Positions 52,152 through 64,000 of a DNA stretch of 64,000 nt are shown piece after piece. Source of the stretch: Ruditapes philippinarum (Eukaryota); the NCBI RefSeq assembly GCF_026571515.1, contig NW_026860876.1:124001-188000 (forward strand), read 5' to 3'. The notes beneath the pieces are model-generated. The model was not told where the DNA came from. It was given only the letters and a program-made list of their open reading frames with translations, and searched no databases. A program made the position numbers and the translations under genes. Position 1 is the first letter of the stretch; every line of letters begins with the position of its first letter.

Positions 52152-55030
52152 TATGAATCCATAAGATTGATTTACTCGAACACAGTTGGGATATATAAAA
52201 AATAGATAAATACGTACCATCCGTCAATTATGTTTTTATACCGACTTGTATATACTTATACGTTTATCGACGTGTTGGGCGGTTTCTACCAATTTGATTG
52301 TACGGTTTGACAACTAACATGTGTTTACACATTGATAATTTAAATTCGGGATCTTTAAATTTCCGACATTTATATAATTTATGTTTAAAGTACGTCGCGA
52401 CAAATTTTGAGTTCATTGTTTTTCAAAAGAAACATATGAAAAATCTATTTAAAAAATAATGAATTCGCGCAAATTACATATAAAGTATTGCTTCCTCAAA
52501 GAAAATATTTTATATGTTTTCAGTGTGAAATATATTGGTATTTCGTGCATTTACATCTAAAAGTCTTGTGTTTGAATAACTATAAAAACAGATTTTTCTT
52601 AACTTAACATCCCTGTTAATATCATCATTCCCGTGCATTGTGACATAAGATAAACGACAAAAGCATACTACAAGTTGCTTCTGTTGTCTTTGCAGCTAGG
52701 TAAAATATTTGATTAAACTGTTGAATGATAATACTCATTCTTGGTATATGCTCCTGCTATTAAAACAATTATGGCATTTCACAATATAGTATAGTTTTCA
52801 TTACATTATCAATGTTGTGATCCCATAATAAACCTGTGAATAACCATGGTATTATAAAGACGGCAAATAAAAACCTGTTAAAATATATATCTCATCAATT
52901 TTCCCACTCCTTTAATTAAAGCATTTCCAACCGTATGTGATATACTATAAATATATTAAAATATACTATACTTGAATCAATGAATTGCTGAATATAAAGA
53001 ATGACATTTCTTTTTATTACAAATAATAAAATGAAACACTTAGAAGTATAAACATTCAAAATAGAAAATTAAAGCCACCTGAATAATAAAGATATGAAAA
53101 AAATCCGATTTTTTTAATTCTTTTTTATTTTTTTATTTTTTTTCATAGTACGCTTGAACCCTTTACAGGCAAAACTTAGTTTAACAATAAAAGGGGTTTT
53201 ATTGCAGAAGAGTTTATAAATTTAAGTATTAAGTGTTTTGTCAATGTCATTGTTTAAGAAAATAATGTAACTATTTGAGACGTTTGACAAGACATTCTTT
53301 AAAAGAAATGTTTCTTTGTCAGGCGAAGTAAACATTTCCTGCGTGATGCTTTTATCACAAGTCTCTCAGTAAAGTCTTATAAATACAGAAAGTAAACGTA
53401 TGCAAAATGTGTTGGATTTACGACCAGTCTTATGTTACATTTACTTGATTAATTTTATATGAAAATAACGGAAGAGATTCAAGAGGATGTTCGAAAGTAT
53501 TATATATGTTGTCTAATGATGTACCTTATCAAAGTATTTTCAGAGAACTAGTTTTGTGTATAAACTCGTTTATTATTTTATCGTCACTATATGTTGTCTA
53601 GCTTTAATCTCAAGTATATACATATTCATTGCAATACTTTTACATCGATTTATGTTATTAGCAAGTACACGAATGTTTTCATGTTATAAAAAAATGAGTT
53701 TCACGTTGTAAGCATTTTATTGCCAAATACGATAGTGATAGTTTATGTAGTTTTTATTTCCATTTGTATTGCATTTTTAACATTATCGAATATATTATGC
53801 GTATTAAGGTTACAGACAAAATTGCAAATTGGCCATTTTCATTTCAAACTAGCAAACATTTTGTATCTGAGAAGGTTTTGTACCAGCCTAAGAAACGAAA
53901 ATATAATTGACCACTTTATCAAAAGTACACACAGATATAAGGTAGAAACAATCATAATAAACTAGTCTTTTCACCTTATAGCGCTTGCAGTAATCTTAAA
54001 GCCATAAGGGAGTGTTTGGAAAGTCATGTTAAAGGATTAAAATCAACAAAGAAAAGGTCACAGGGATACAATTTAATTGTTCCCTTTATAACTTCCAGAT
54101 AAATTGACATCAAACTCATTTCTCTGTTTAAAAATTGAAATGAACCAGTCATATATTACAAAAAGTTGACTTTGGTAATGGTGATCGACCAATAATCAAG
54201 CCAGGTAAACGATAGACCTACCTCTTCCAGAGATAAAGATAAATCGCTCTATCGCTACTTCCGAGCTAGTGCATGTCGCTAAAATTAGGTGACAACAAAG
54301 GTAAAGGGTTGACATTTTTATATATATTTAACATATTTTGTAAACTACACCAAATATCGAAATTCGAAGAATGCTATACCATGTTAATTTGATTAAAAAT
54401 TCCAAGAAGTTGAAAAAATTGTGTTTGAAATATGCCATTGTGATGGCGCTTCAACCGTTTCAACATGAAACAGATTCAATCTACGGTTCTTAATCCCTGA
54501 ATTTCCTTCTTGTTACCTTTTCACTCACATTTAAAACTTGAAGGCAAACTTTGAAGATATCATCCCATATAGATATATCTATTGTTTTAGTTTTTAGACA
54601 TTTAATTAAATTTAAAATACAGAACTGTTCAGCATCAAAGGTTTGAAATTACATAGGCCTTTAAAGTTGAAGAAAGTGATTCTAAATTCCAACTGAATTT
54701 ACCGGTAATGACCCACAAGCACACAAACACAAACGCCAGTTTGATTGCCCACGCACAATTTATATCAGCTAAAAATTAGAAAAGATTATTTTTTAATCGT
54801 ATGTATGTTACTGAATATACTAGTACCCTTATATTTATATGAGAGCCTTAGGCTAATCAACACCCTAATAAGGGTAGACATAATTACTATAATAATACGT
54901 GGATAATATATATTTTAACATTGGCATATTTCATCATTAAACATTTCACTCTTTTCATTAAATTTTATTACCTTGTGAATATTGCCAATTCAAAATTCAA
55001 TTCAAAGCGTCAAAGTTAAGAAACGATAGA

Positions 55031-55225
55031 ATGACGACGTTCAATTTGACGAAGCAACGCGTTGTGATTAAACTATGCGTGAAGCTGAACAAATATCGGC
55101 GAATATCACGGAAATGTTTACAAATGCAACATGAATTCTAATGTGGACAGAACAATCGTATAAAACTTGTACAGACGTTAGAGAGGCGGCATAGAATCAC
55201 CGGAGAATCGTACAGGAAGGGGCAT
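55031..55225 (+). mobile_element. Degenerate mariner transposase N-terminal fragment
   Basis: MTTFNLTKQRVVIKLCVKLNK, then a frameshifted RTIV*NLYRR*RGGIESPENRTGRG. This matches the mariner QRxxIKFCVKLGK..RTxVYxWxxRFKEGRESxEDxxRSGRP pattern. Confidence 0.65.
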
Positions 55226-56929
55226 TAATTTAGAAATAATATGTTACATCAGTGACATTACTTACGAAGACCGATGTCATATGACGTCAAAACAGACGCA
55301 ATCGAGTAAATAATTATCTTTTGAAAATTTGCAAAATAAGCGTTTTTGAGATTGCATATTCGTGTCCACAATATATGCATTTAAACCACATGCCTCCAGA
55401 TGAGTCAAAATATTTCAAAAAAATCAAACTTGAGAAAAATGTACTAAGATGTAAGGAAAAGTAAACGTGCGATTAATGACTGATTTTCCATTTTTTTTTT
55501 GGTAGTTAACGTTGTTTGTAAGTGTCATTGATAATGTGTAAATTGTTTCCTTTTGGTTACTTCCCAATATTACACATTCCAATACATTTTTCAAATTTTC
55601 ATGAAAATTAGCATGAATCTTTATGGATAGTCTATTACTTCTTAGCAATGTATTTTTATTTGTTTTCCTAGATTCATCATGATCAGATGCTTTACTTTTG
55701 CTATTTCCTAAACAATCAAGACTTTTTTTATTGAAAAAAGAGTTATTAGGTAAAAACAAATTCTGAAAAAAAATAAATTGAACTTAAAAAATATTCATTT
55801 CCGAGCTACTGTTTAACTACAAGACATTTCTTTTCGAAAATAAATTGATACAATTGCGACAATAAATTTGAATAAAGGACACTCATTATAGTATGCTGTT
55901 TTATGGAAAAATTATGGATTACTTCTAGATATCCCCTTTTAAATGTAACCAATTAATTATTTTCATAATTATAAACTATTTTATATTCTGAAATAAATGC
56001 AAATTTGCGTTGTATATAAAAGGTTGTTACGGGACAAATGCATCGCATTTCTTGGCATCTTTTGCAAGAGGACGTTATATTATTGCAAATAGAAATAAGA
56101 TAGTGTGTCATGTACAAAAACACCGAAACGTTGAAACTGTCTGGGTACAATGTTTACTGATATGCTCTTCTTATGAAGCCAAGTAGTTATAATTTTTTAT
56201 CTCATACAATAAGGAAATGAAATATAACAATATAATCTTTTTTATGTTTAATATAAAAATAATCATTGAAACAAAAAGACAAAAAATAAAGAGTAACAAA
56301 AAGTAAAATTCAGTTTTGTTTATTGTTTGTTTGATGCCTAAGTTGTGGTTGTAAACTATTCAAAATATATGTCCCATGCCGTCCATAAACATGCTCAATA
56401 AAACCGAGCCAGAAACATGTTGTTTTGTGCGGTCTTTAGGTATGCCGTATCTTACTGCGTGTTATATTTGAACTATTTATTACGAACATATATAATATGA
56501 TCATGTTTCTGTAATGCATTTACTTTGTCATATGTTCAGGTCAGTTGTAACAATTGTATATGTAAATATACATTTCCTTACAAAATTGAACAAAATCCCT
56601 AAAGAACGTCCAAAACGACATAAATGCAAATGTTCCAGTAGATTGAACTTGTTCAAAATTGAAATCTACCACGCGTCCTAACAATAATGCGAGTAAAACT
56701 AGTGAGTTAAACATGATAAATATGAAACCACATCCTCTGAAACCATAACTCAAAAAACATAACATTTGAATTTCTTACATAATTAACTAAGACGAAAAAC
56801 CGGAAATATACGAGGAAAGAAAATCAAGGAATATACCGAAAAATAAGCTGCACAACTTCTATTGTTTTGCACGATTTAAGTTAAAAACGTTAAAATGCTT
56901 TTCAGTTTTCAGTGATTTTTGTAATGAGA

Positions 56930-57400
56930 TTTTGAGAAAACTGACGGGCGAATTATCTTGATTATTTTTCTTTATTATTATTATTATTCCTGATTATCCT
57001 CAAATAAACATGAAACTAATTTTCGGTTTTTCCTTATTATGATATGTATCCTGAGAAAACGGAGAGGACGAATTATCTTTACTTTTCCGGATAAGTTATT
57101 TGTCCTGATTTCCTCAAATAAATTTCGGTAAAATAGTTTCATTTTTCCCAATGAAGATATTATCCTGTGAAAACGGAGAGAATGAATGATCTTTAATTTT
57201 TCACACAAGTTACTTTCCCAGATGTCCAACAAATGGAGCATAAATAAATAAATAAATATCGAAAAAGGTATTTCCATTTTCCCAATAAGATATTTATTTT
57301 TGGAAAACTGAGTAGTCAAATGTTTCACACATGTTACTGGTCCAGATGTTCATCAAACAGATCATAAACACCGAAAAAATATTTTCTGTCTTTTCTGTCA
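56930..57400 (+). repeat. Degenerate minisatellite, ~4 units of 115-135 bp
   Basis: Recurring GAAAAC(G/T)GAGAG..GAATTATCTT..CCTGAT..CCTCAAATAAA blocks near 56934, 57050, 57164 and 57301. Confidence 0.6.
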
Positions 57401-58382
57401 AGTCAAAACAAAACCTCAGTGGAGTTCTTTTAAAGACTGCCTGAATATTACGACGCTTTAAATGTTACTTTTAAACTGTTGTCAATCTTGTTGAGACAAT
57501 TGACATTTTATAGATAATGGTAATGAAATAATAATGAAAACTGTGTTTGTAAATCTTTACTATTTTGAAACTTTTATTCACTTGTATCAAAGTGTTTTTA
57601 AAGGTTTTTTGTTTTTGTTTTGTTTTTATCCCTTATAAACAGGCAGTCTGATTGAAAACAAATAGTCTATGTATATCCATTGTTACATAAAATATATTTG
57701 TTTATTTTTCATATAAGATTGAAATATATTCACTGAATGAACACTAGATGCAATATTTTCATGAGTGGCGTAATCACAAGTGAAAACAGAATAGCTGGTG
57801 CACACGAAATATATTTCAATCTTATATTACAAAATTGTTTGCCGTCCTTTTTGTTATTTTATTAGTTCTTATATTACTTGCTTTCTGGTATAAAGAATAT
57901 TTATTAACCATACACCGTGTTATTGTCATTAATGATGAACAATGTATAGGCGTGTTGTAGAAAAATTTCGATTTTTACTCAAATGTATCTATATTTTGCA
58001 TCAAAGTAAAAGTCCTTGACCTACGTGGCTTTAAAAAAACTATAGGGTGTCAGTATCAGTATAAATTCAAGCTAAGTAAACACCTTGCCATGCAGCATTT
58101 TGTGATGAAAAACAATTCTGTGTCTTATCATTAACATTTCTGAAAATACTTTTAATTTGGTATATTTAAGATCCCACACCAGCATTTATAACATAACCGT
58201 GTTAAGTTACACTTAACACTATTTTATGCGAACAATAAAGTATACAAGGAATATGTCCTTCACCTTCTGAAAACATTGTGCTTTTATCTTGATAAGAACA
58301 TAACTGTTTTCAATAAATCATAAAAAGTAATCAAACATTCGAAGAGAGGTGTGTTAATTTAAAACAATCACACTATACTTAA

Positions 58383-59027
58383 AGTTACATTAAATAAATA
58401 TGTTAAAATATTTTTGCCGTCGGCCTAAAAATCAAGCATTCTACAGTTTCATTAACCTTTTTAACAGTATCGTTGTAAATCTCATCAAATATTGTTCATA
58501 AATTAGGATTTTAAATGGAAAACCCCACGGTAACACTAAAGTTCGTATACGAATTTTAACATGCAAATGAAGACTATAATCAGCTCGTGTATGCGCTACG
58601 TCACGGAGTTATAGTTGCTATCCGGAACACAGCAAATATAAGATTTTTCTTGTGCAAACACACTTTTACCGTTTAAGCTTCACGGTGCACTAGGCCTGTG
58701 GTTCAGAAAAAATAATCATCTCATAAAAAAGATTAATTTGTATGAAAATATCCGTTACAATGCGGAAATATACCGTTAAATTAGGACTGCTACTTATAGT
58801 CATGTTTGTTGATTTAATATTGATGTACGGATGATCTGAAGGCGGAGTTTCTCATGCAAACAGAAATTGTACTTCCGAATTCGCCACAATGAGGTTGCAC
58901 ATTTGTATGCTCATTAAACTCATTTTGGTTGCCTGGACACCAAAATAAGATCTGGAGTCGATATGAAACCCAATTTAATAATGAAATGTCGCTATTTATT
59001 TTTTTATGAAATTTATTTAATGTAACT
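58383..59027. mobile_element. Kolobok-type non-autonomous DNA transposon (645 bp)
   Basis: 17-bp perfect TIR AGTTACATTAAATAAAT with TTAA on both sides. The paralogous segment near 43460 shows the empty site ctatacTTAAagaatttg. A TTAA TSD with RR..YY ends fits Kolobok rather than piggyBac. Confidence 0.85.
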
Positions 59028-59839
59028 TTAAAGAATTTGATAGCAAATAATTTGCACCGAAAAAGTTAGTAATTACAGAAATGTACCGAATCGAAATTGA
59101 GACTGTTGTGGATAAAACAATTCAAACAAGTTATTTTTATTCATTTTTAGGGTTAATATGTCTACAAAATTATTAATGTGTATGTATTGTTGTTTAAATG
59201 TATAAAATATTATACTTAAATGTATTGATATCTAAATGTATTGATATTTAAATGAATTGATATTTAAATGTATTGATATCTCAATTTATTAACTTAAATG
59301 TATGGAAAATTTAATTTATTGATACCTATATGTATAGGTATTTAAAGTAATTATCATTTTAAATGCATTGGTGTAAATGGCGGTTTGGAAAAACATATGT
59401 CATTGTTTAGAAAATGATATCGAATCAAGTAATTTTAAATCAGCAATCAAGTCGCAAAAAATTAGTTGTAAATATTTGTTTAGGCAATTTCACATGAACT
59501 GTACATCTAGTACCAACAAAACTTATTTTGTAGACATTGAACTGTTGAGAACCCATAAAACAATTTCAATGCAATTTTTAAAAAAATGACTACGTCTGAA
59601 ATAGAAGAATATTCGATAATCACTTTTTCCTCTAATGTTCATTGGTATATTGATATTACTATTTTAAAGCAGCGTAACATAGAATTACAAAAGTGTGGCT
59701 CAAAAAAAAAGGAGGAAGAGGGAAGAAACATATTTTAAATAAATATGTGTACTCAGTTTACTGTAATCATATTTTTTGATATGACTAAGTGTGTGGACAA
59801 CTGCACCTTGACCAATGATAAACTGTACATTTATAGTTA

Positions 59840-59987
59840 NNNNNNNNNNNNNNNNNNNNNNNNNNNNNNNNNNNNNNNNNNNNNNNNNNNNNNNNNNNNN
59901 NNNNNNNNNNNNNNNNNNNNNNNNNNNNNNNNNNNNNNNNNNNNNNNNNNNNNNNNNNNNNNNNNNNNNNNNNNNNNNNNNNNNNNN
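59840..59987. other. Assembly gap (148 N)
   Basis: Run of N. The equivalent position in copy 1 (~44289-44350) is an (ATT)n-rich stretch. Confidence 1.
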
Positions 59988-61060
59988 GATGAAAAATGAA
60001 ACACATGAAATATATGCCGAAAAAAGTATTGTGGAAGCAGATGAATATGTAATTTATAACATTTTTAGTTATTGTAATATTCGTCTGACGTATTTAACAT
60101 TTATAGACTCATATAAAATAATATAAAATAAAACCAAATTTAGATAATAAAAATCTGATTGAACGCGAAAATTCAGATTATGTGTCTCATATTTAAGTCA
60201 ACCTTATCAATGAGTTGTTACTGTCAAAGATGTTACTGTTATAATATGGAGACCTAAATGTTAAGTAAGTACCTTAGTACTAAGCACAAACACATCGGAT
60301 GACAATGCTAATTATTCCTCCTCGAACATAAATTGACTTTTAGTGTCTAAATATATATCTTTGTCAAAGCCTTTAGTATCAAAAATACGTTACATAAACA
60401 ATAAAACCGACAATGTGCTTAAAATAAAAATTTGTTTTTAGACAAATACATTTTCAATTTATTGGATTTAAATTACTTCCTTATTAAAACATGAAAATTG
60501 CTTATTAACAACTACACGTATCCGCTCTTCCTCTTCAACTATACTACGCTAAAGATGATTGGCTAAGGTAACTAACATATAAAGAATATAGTAACATTTT
60601 GAAAAATGAAAAAATGAGGATGTATGACATTTGTCCTCTCTTTATACTTCAGAATATAGATTTAGATTTTGAGGTCGTTCTGTTAAGATCAAGGTCACCT
60701 AGATAATTTGTCAATAATTTGTATTTTACATTTTTGCTGTGCTGTCTCAATATTTAATACAAAGATATGTCCTGACCGTGTATATTAACCTTACTGATTC
60801 TAAGGTCAGTCAGCACAGTGACATTGAACTAAATAAACCTTTCCCTGTTTATAGATGTTTTACAACAAAATTTGTAGTTTATTCGGGGCTTCAATTACAA
60901 TATATAAATATCACATCGCCCTGATGGTGGAACGAAATGTGCACCCGAAGTCAGTGATATACAACCTTCTCAACTTTTATCTTTCTTTACCTACATAATA
61001 AGAGAGATAAATGTTGTCTACGGCAAAGAATAATATGATTTTACAAATTTTAAAAATGTG

Positions 61061-61133
61061 CAGCCTGACCGGGACTCGAACCCGGGACTCCCGGAACACC
61101 GTACCGCCGCTCTACCGACTGAGCTATCCGGCC
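61061..61133 (-). pseudogene. tRNA-like cloverleaf inside the 3' LTR of the TRIM
   Basis: 73 nt: GGCCGGA TA GCTC AGTCGGTA GAGC G GCGGT ACGGTGT TCCGG GAGTC CCGGG TTCGAGT CCCGG TCAGGCT G. D and T arms and the A/B boxes are intact, the acceptor stem pairs 6/7, and the anticodon arm is degenerate (GGT at the anticodon position). TATATA lies ~20-25 nt upstream and T5 downstream. Confidence 0.8.
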
Positions 61134-61309
61134 GCTTACACATCTTCTCCCCTATATAGTGAACAGTTCTGAACCGTGACATACTCCCCTGCTATATTGA
61201 AATTCGTCCTCGAATTTCACAGAGTTACAGAGCAATGTAAATTAAACTCTGAGCTTTACAGTCACGGCCCCACGTTGGGCGCCAAATGTCACAGGGTGAG
61301 AAAAATGTG

Positions 61310-61382
61310 CAGCCTGACCGGGACTCGAACCGGGGACCCTCGGAATACCGTACCGCGGCTGTACCGACTGAGCTATCCGGCC
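61310..61382 (-). pseudogene. tRNA-like cloverleaf inside the 5' LTR of the TRIM
   Basis: Second copy of the same 73-nt unit, with a few substitutions that break one D-stem and one T-stem pair. Confidence 0.75.
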
Positions 61383-61430
61383 GCTTACACATCTTCTCCC
61401 CTAAATAGTGAACAGTTCTGAACCGTGACA

Positions 61431-62367
61431 TACTGCTGTGCAGGAACAGACTCATTAGGAGTATTAGAAGTAGAAACAGAAATATTGGCCTGAGGGGTTG
61501 CCTGCTTAGAGGAAGAGAAGTTGCTAATCTGGACAAGCGCAAGTCTTCCTCAATGGCTCTCAACTCTTTACGAAGAGTATTGAAGTTGAGGTCCTTCTGA
61601 AAAAGAAATCTAGAGGCATTTCAAGCTCTATATCACGAAGGCCTGACCACAACCTACCCCGCAGCATCTCATCCTTGGACATCCTATCAAGATTGCACTG
61701 TATACTGCTAAGCAACCTCTCCAGACGCTAACTATAATCAGCAACAGACTCTGCCACTCTCTGCTGTTCATTATAAAACTGTTCCTTCAACCTTTCAGTT
61801 GAATGAACATTACCATAAATGCCATCTAACTCATTCAAGATCTCGGGAACAGTGGCATTTTCACCTAAATGCAAAAGAACACCTCTGGCACTGCCTTTCA
61901 AAATAGATAAATATAGAATCCCTAAAGAAAGCCCAAGACTTACGAATGGCCTCCCTGATAATAAATGGTGGATAATTACCCTCATCAATGACACAATTAA
62001 CATCATAGCGCCATATCTCAAACATTGACGAGTTGTATTTCCCATCTCCTGAAAAAGAAGGTAACTCAGGGATACGGGCATGTACCAAGTCCCTATTTGT
62101 CACAAAAGACAAGTATGGTTGAGGGTTAGGCATGGGTGGAGGAATGCTATTAACAGGTGGAGGAAAGTGAACCTGATGTGTACCTGTTCTGCTGATATGT
62201 TCCCGTATAGGAGTAGGTGTAACATTAAATGTATGACTTGGGTGTACTGTATGAGGTGTACTTGCCATTGCATTAACTTGAAACTTACCAGATTTCTGTG
62301 ACTGTCTAGCAAAAAATTCCAGATCTGCATCTGAATAGTCTAAGGACTGAGTTGTACCATCCGCCAT
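61431..62367 (-). mobile_element. Decayed Ty3/Gypsy gag (PNMA-like capsid), frameshifted and truncated
   Basis: Overlapping ORF pieces join to LPSFSGDG..FEIWRYDVNC..REAIRKS/LKGSARGVLLHLGENATVPEILNELDGIYGNV..LKEQFYNEQQRVAESVADYS*RLERLL..DEMLRGRLWSGLRD..LRKELRAIEEDL, a typical Gypsy/PNMA capsid pattern. It has a stop, frameshifts and a 34-nt insertion, and no pol follows. The AT-rich 62368-64000 may be its 5' leader. Confidence 0.85.
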
Positions 62368-64000
62368 GATGAGAAAACAAAAAAAATGGATTGGACCAAA
62401 AAAAATAAACGTGACTTAAAATTCAGGATTTCAAATGGCCCAAATTGTACACCATACACTAAAAAAAATGATTTACATCAGTAACCAGTTTAGGTCTATA
62501 AAGACGTAATAAAAAACAAACAATAGAAATAAAACAATTTTATTTCAAGGGAAAAAAAACACAAAGACTTGAAAATAATTAATCAACTTTATTCAAATTA
62601 TGACCCACACAGTGCACCATTCATTACACAAAATTTCAAGGTCACCTGAATAATATAATATGTACCATACAGTCAGTAAATTAGATCAAAGTTTGTAAAA
62701 CAATAGATCTAATAACACTAATATTCAGTCTCTATTATAAAGCAGTATTAAATTCAACTAAATGATATTCTATGCTTAACTTACTAAAGACACCTAAGAT
62801 TGTCAAGTTACAGGTCTATGAAATTATACTGTGAAATGCACAGACACTTGTTACTTGCTATAGTGTATAAATTTCAACTAATTTATGGTAATTGCAAGAG
62901 ACACACAGGCTTGTAAAATTATATGCAGGAATTCTGTATTGCAAACAATGTTCAGTCCAGTACTTTATACAATATCTGAAAAAAAATCCCAAAGACCTAA
63001 CTTACATGTATATAGATTATCTATAATTTACCTGCTCAGACACAGACTCAACTTAATACAAGTACACACAAAGCTAACCAGGATAAATAAATGTGTAAAG
63101 TTTTCTTTCTTCTGATTTAGACAATTATTTCAATGCAAAATGTTTAATTTTCAGTTCATAAAGTAAAATAATATACCTATCAACAGACTTTTTATAATGA
63201 CTAAATGAGTAGAACCCAAATTATTAATTTTTCAGCTGTGATAGAGTAGCAACAATTGATTTGCTATTTGTATAATTGTATGTTAGATTCTTGTAAATAT
63301 AGAATAATTCTATATAAGAAAATATATTACCACTTACACAAAACACTTCACTATTCGAAAATGAAGAAGAAGTTTAGTGTCGGTTCTCACAAACTGTGTA
63401 TAAAAATATAAAATCAGCGGAATTCAAAAATGAACAATTTATTCTAATTAAAGAATAAATATTTCACTTCAAATCTATTTACCGGCTACATGATACCGTC
63501 GCAGTATTTCAAATGAAATGTTATTTTAAGTTTACAGAATTTTAAATATAATTGATTTTAACTGCCCGGGTTGAACAATTTATTCTAACTAAAGAATAAA
63601 TATTTCAAACCTACTTGTATACTTTATATTTACTCACAAGTCAACTACAATGATCTGTTCCTACAATAAATGCTAAACTATTCAATCTACATGCTTACTT
63701 CAGGCAAAATTCTGGTTCAAGCAAGTCCTGCTTTTAATAAAATAATAATAATAAAGATAGGTACAGTAAGTAATCAGGTACAATAAGTTATCAGGATAGG
63801 ATATGAAATAATTCAGCTGTTGGATATATAATATCTGGGGTAATATAGGATTTATTACAGTAAATGGGAGTAGCTTCAGATAGGGACAGGTGTTATTCAG
63901 ACTAGTTATTCAGACCAAGATGAAAGATAAAAGAGACAGAGTGTTAGCTCACCAACCACCTGATAGTTAAATGCTGTGTCTACATGTCTGTGAACTGTAT

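Larger units (their letters stand above)
58056..61045 (+). repeat. Segmental duplication, copy 2
   Basis: Collinear with 43141-46470. It carries the Kolobok-type insertion and the N gap, and ends at the TRIM. Confidence 0.9.
61052..61430 (-). mobile_element. TRIM (miniature non-autonomous LTR retrotransposon) with tRNA-derived LTRs (Helenus-like; tRNA analogue of Cassandra)
   Basis: 5' LTR 61430-61287 (144 bp, TGTCAC...GTGACA ends), then a 2-nt spacer and PBS TGGCGCCCAACGTGGGGC (61284-61267). The internal region is 105 bp and non-coding, with PPT AGCAGGGGAGTA at 61193-61182. The 3' LTR (61181-61052) lacks its last 14 nt. The LTRs differ at 7 of 130 aligned positions. Confidence 0.9.

Noticed and set aside
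59745-60126. ORFs spanning the N run
   Set aside because: Artefacts of the assembly gap.
61061-61382. Two functional tRNA-Thr(GGT) genes
   Set aside because: The anticodon stems are mispaired, the loop lacks U33, GGT is not a usual eukaryotic Thr anticodon, and both copies lie inside LTRs.
795-63115. Remaining 60-115 aa ORFs in the track
   Set aside because: They have the F/I/L/K/N/Y-rich composition of random AT-rich DNA, often with non-ATG starts, or are alternative frames of repeats.

Overview
AT-rich, repeat-dense eukaryotic DNA. The repeat types (tRNA-headed SINEs with CORE/Meta-like bodies, Helentron-associated elements) suggest a mollusc, probably a bivalve; this is an inference. The one well-supported host gene lies on the minus strand and has two coding exons (15611-15512 and 9280-8574). 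It encodes a 268-aa secreted prohormone with two homologous C-x8-C-F disulfide-loop/helix peptides, one predicted amidated and one pyroglutamylated, that I cannot assign to a known family. A second, isolated exon-like segment lies at 39922-40088 (+). At the right end, a miniature LTR retrotransposon (TRIM) carries a full tRNA cloverleaf in each LTR plus a perfect tRNA-Lys primer-binding site, and sits inside a decayed Gypsy gag. Also present: an internally deleted mariner, two piggyBac-type MITEs, a Kolobok-type MITE whose empty site is visible in a ~3 kb segmental duplication, several SINEs and HINE-like elements, tandem duplications and a 148-N gap. Nearly all short ORFs in the supplied track look spurious.
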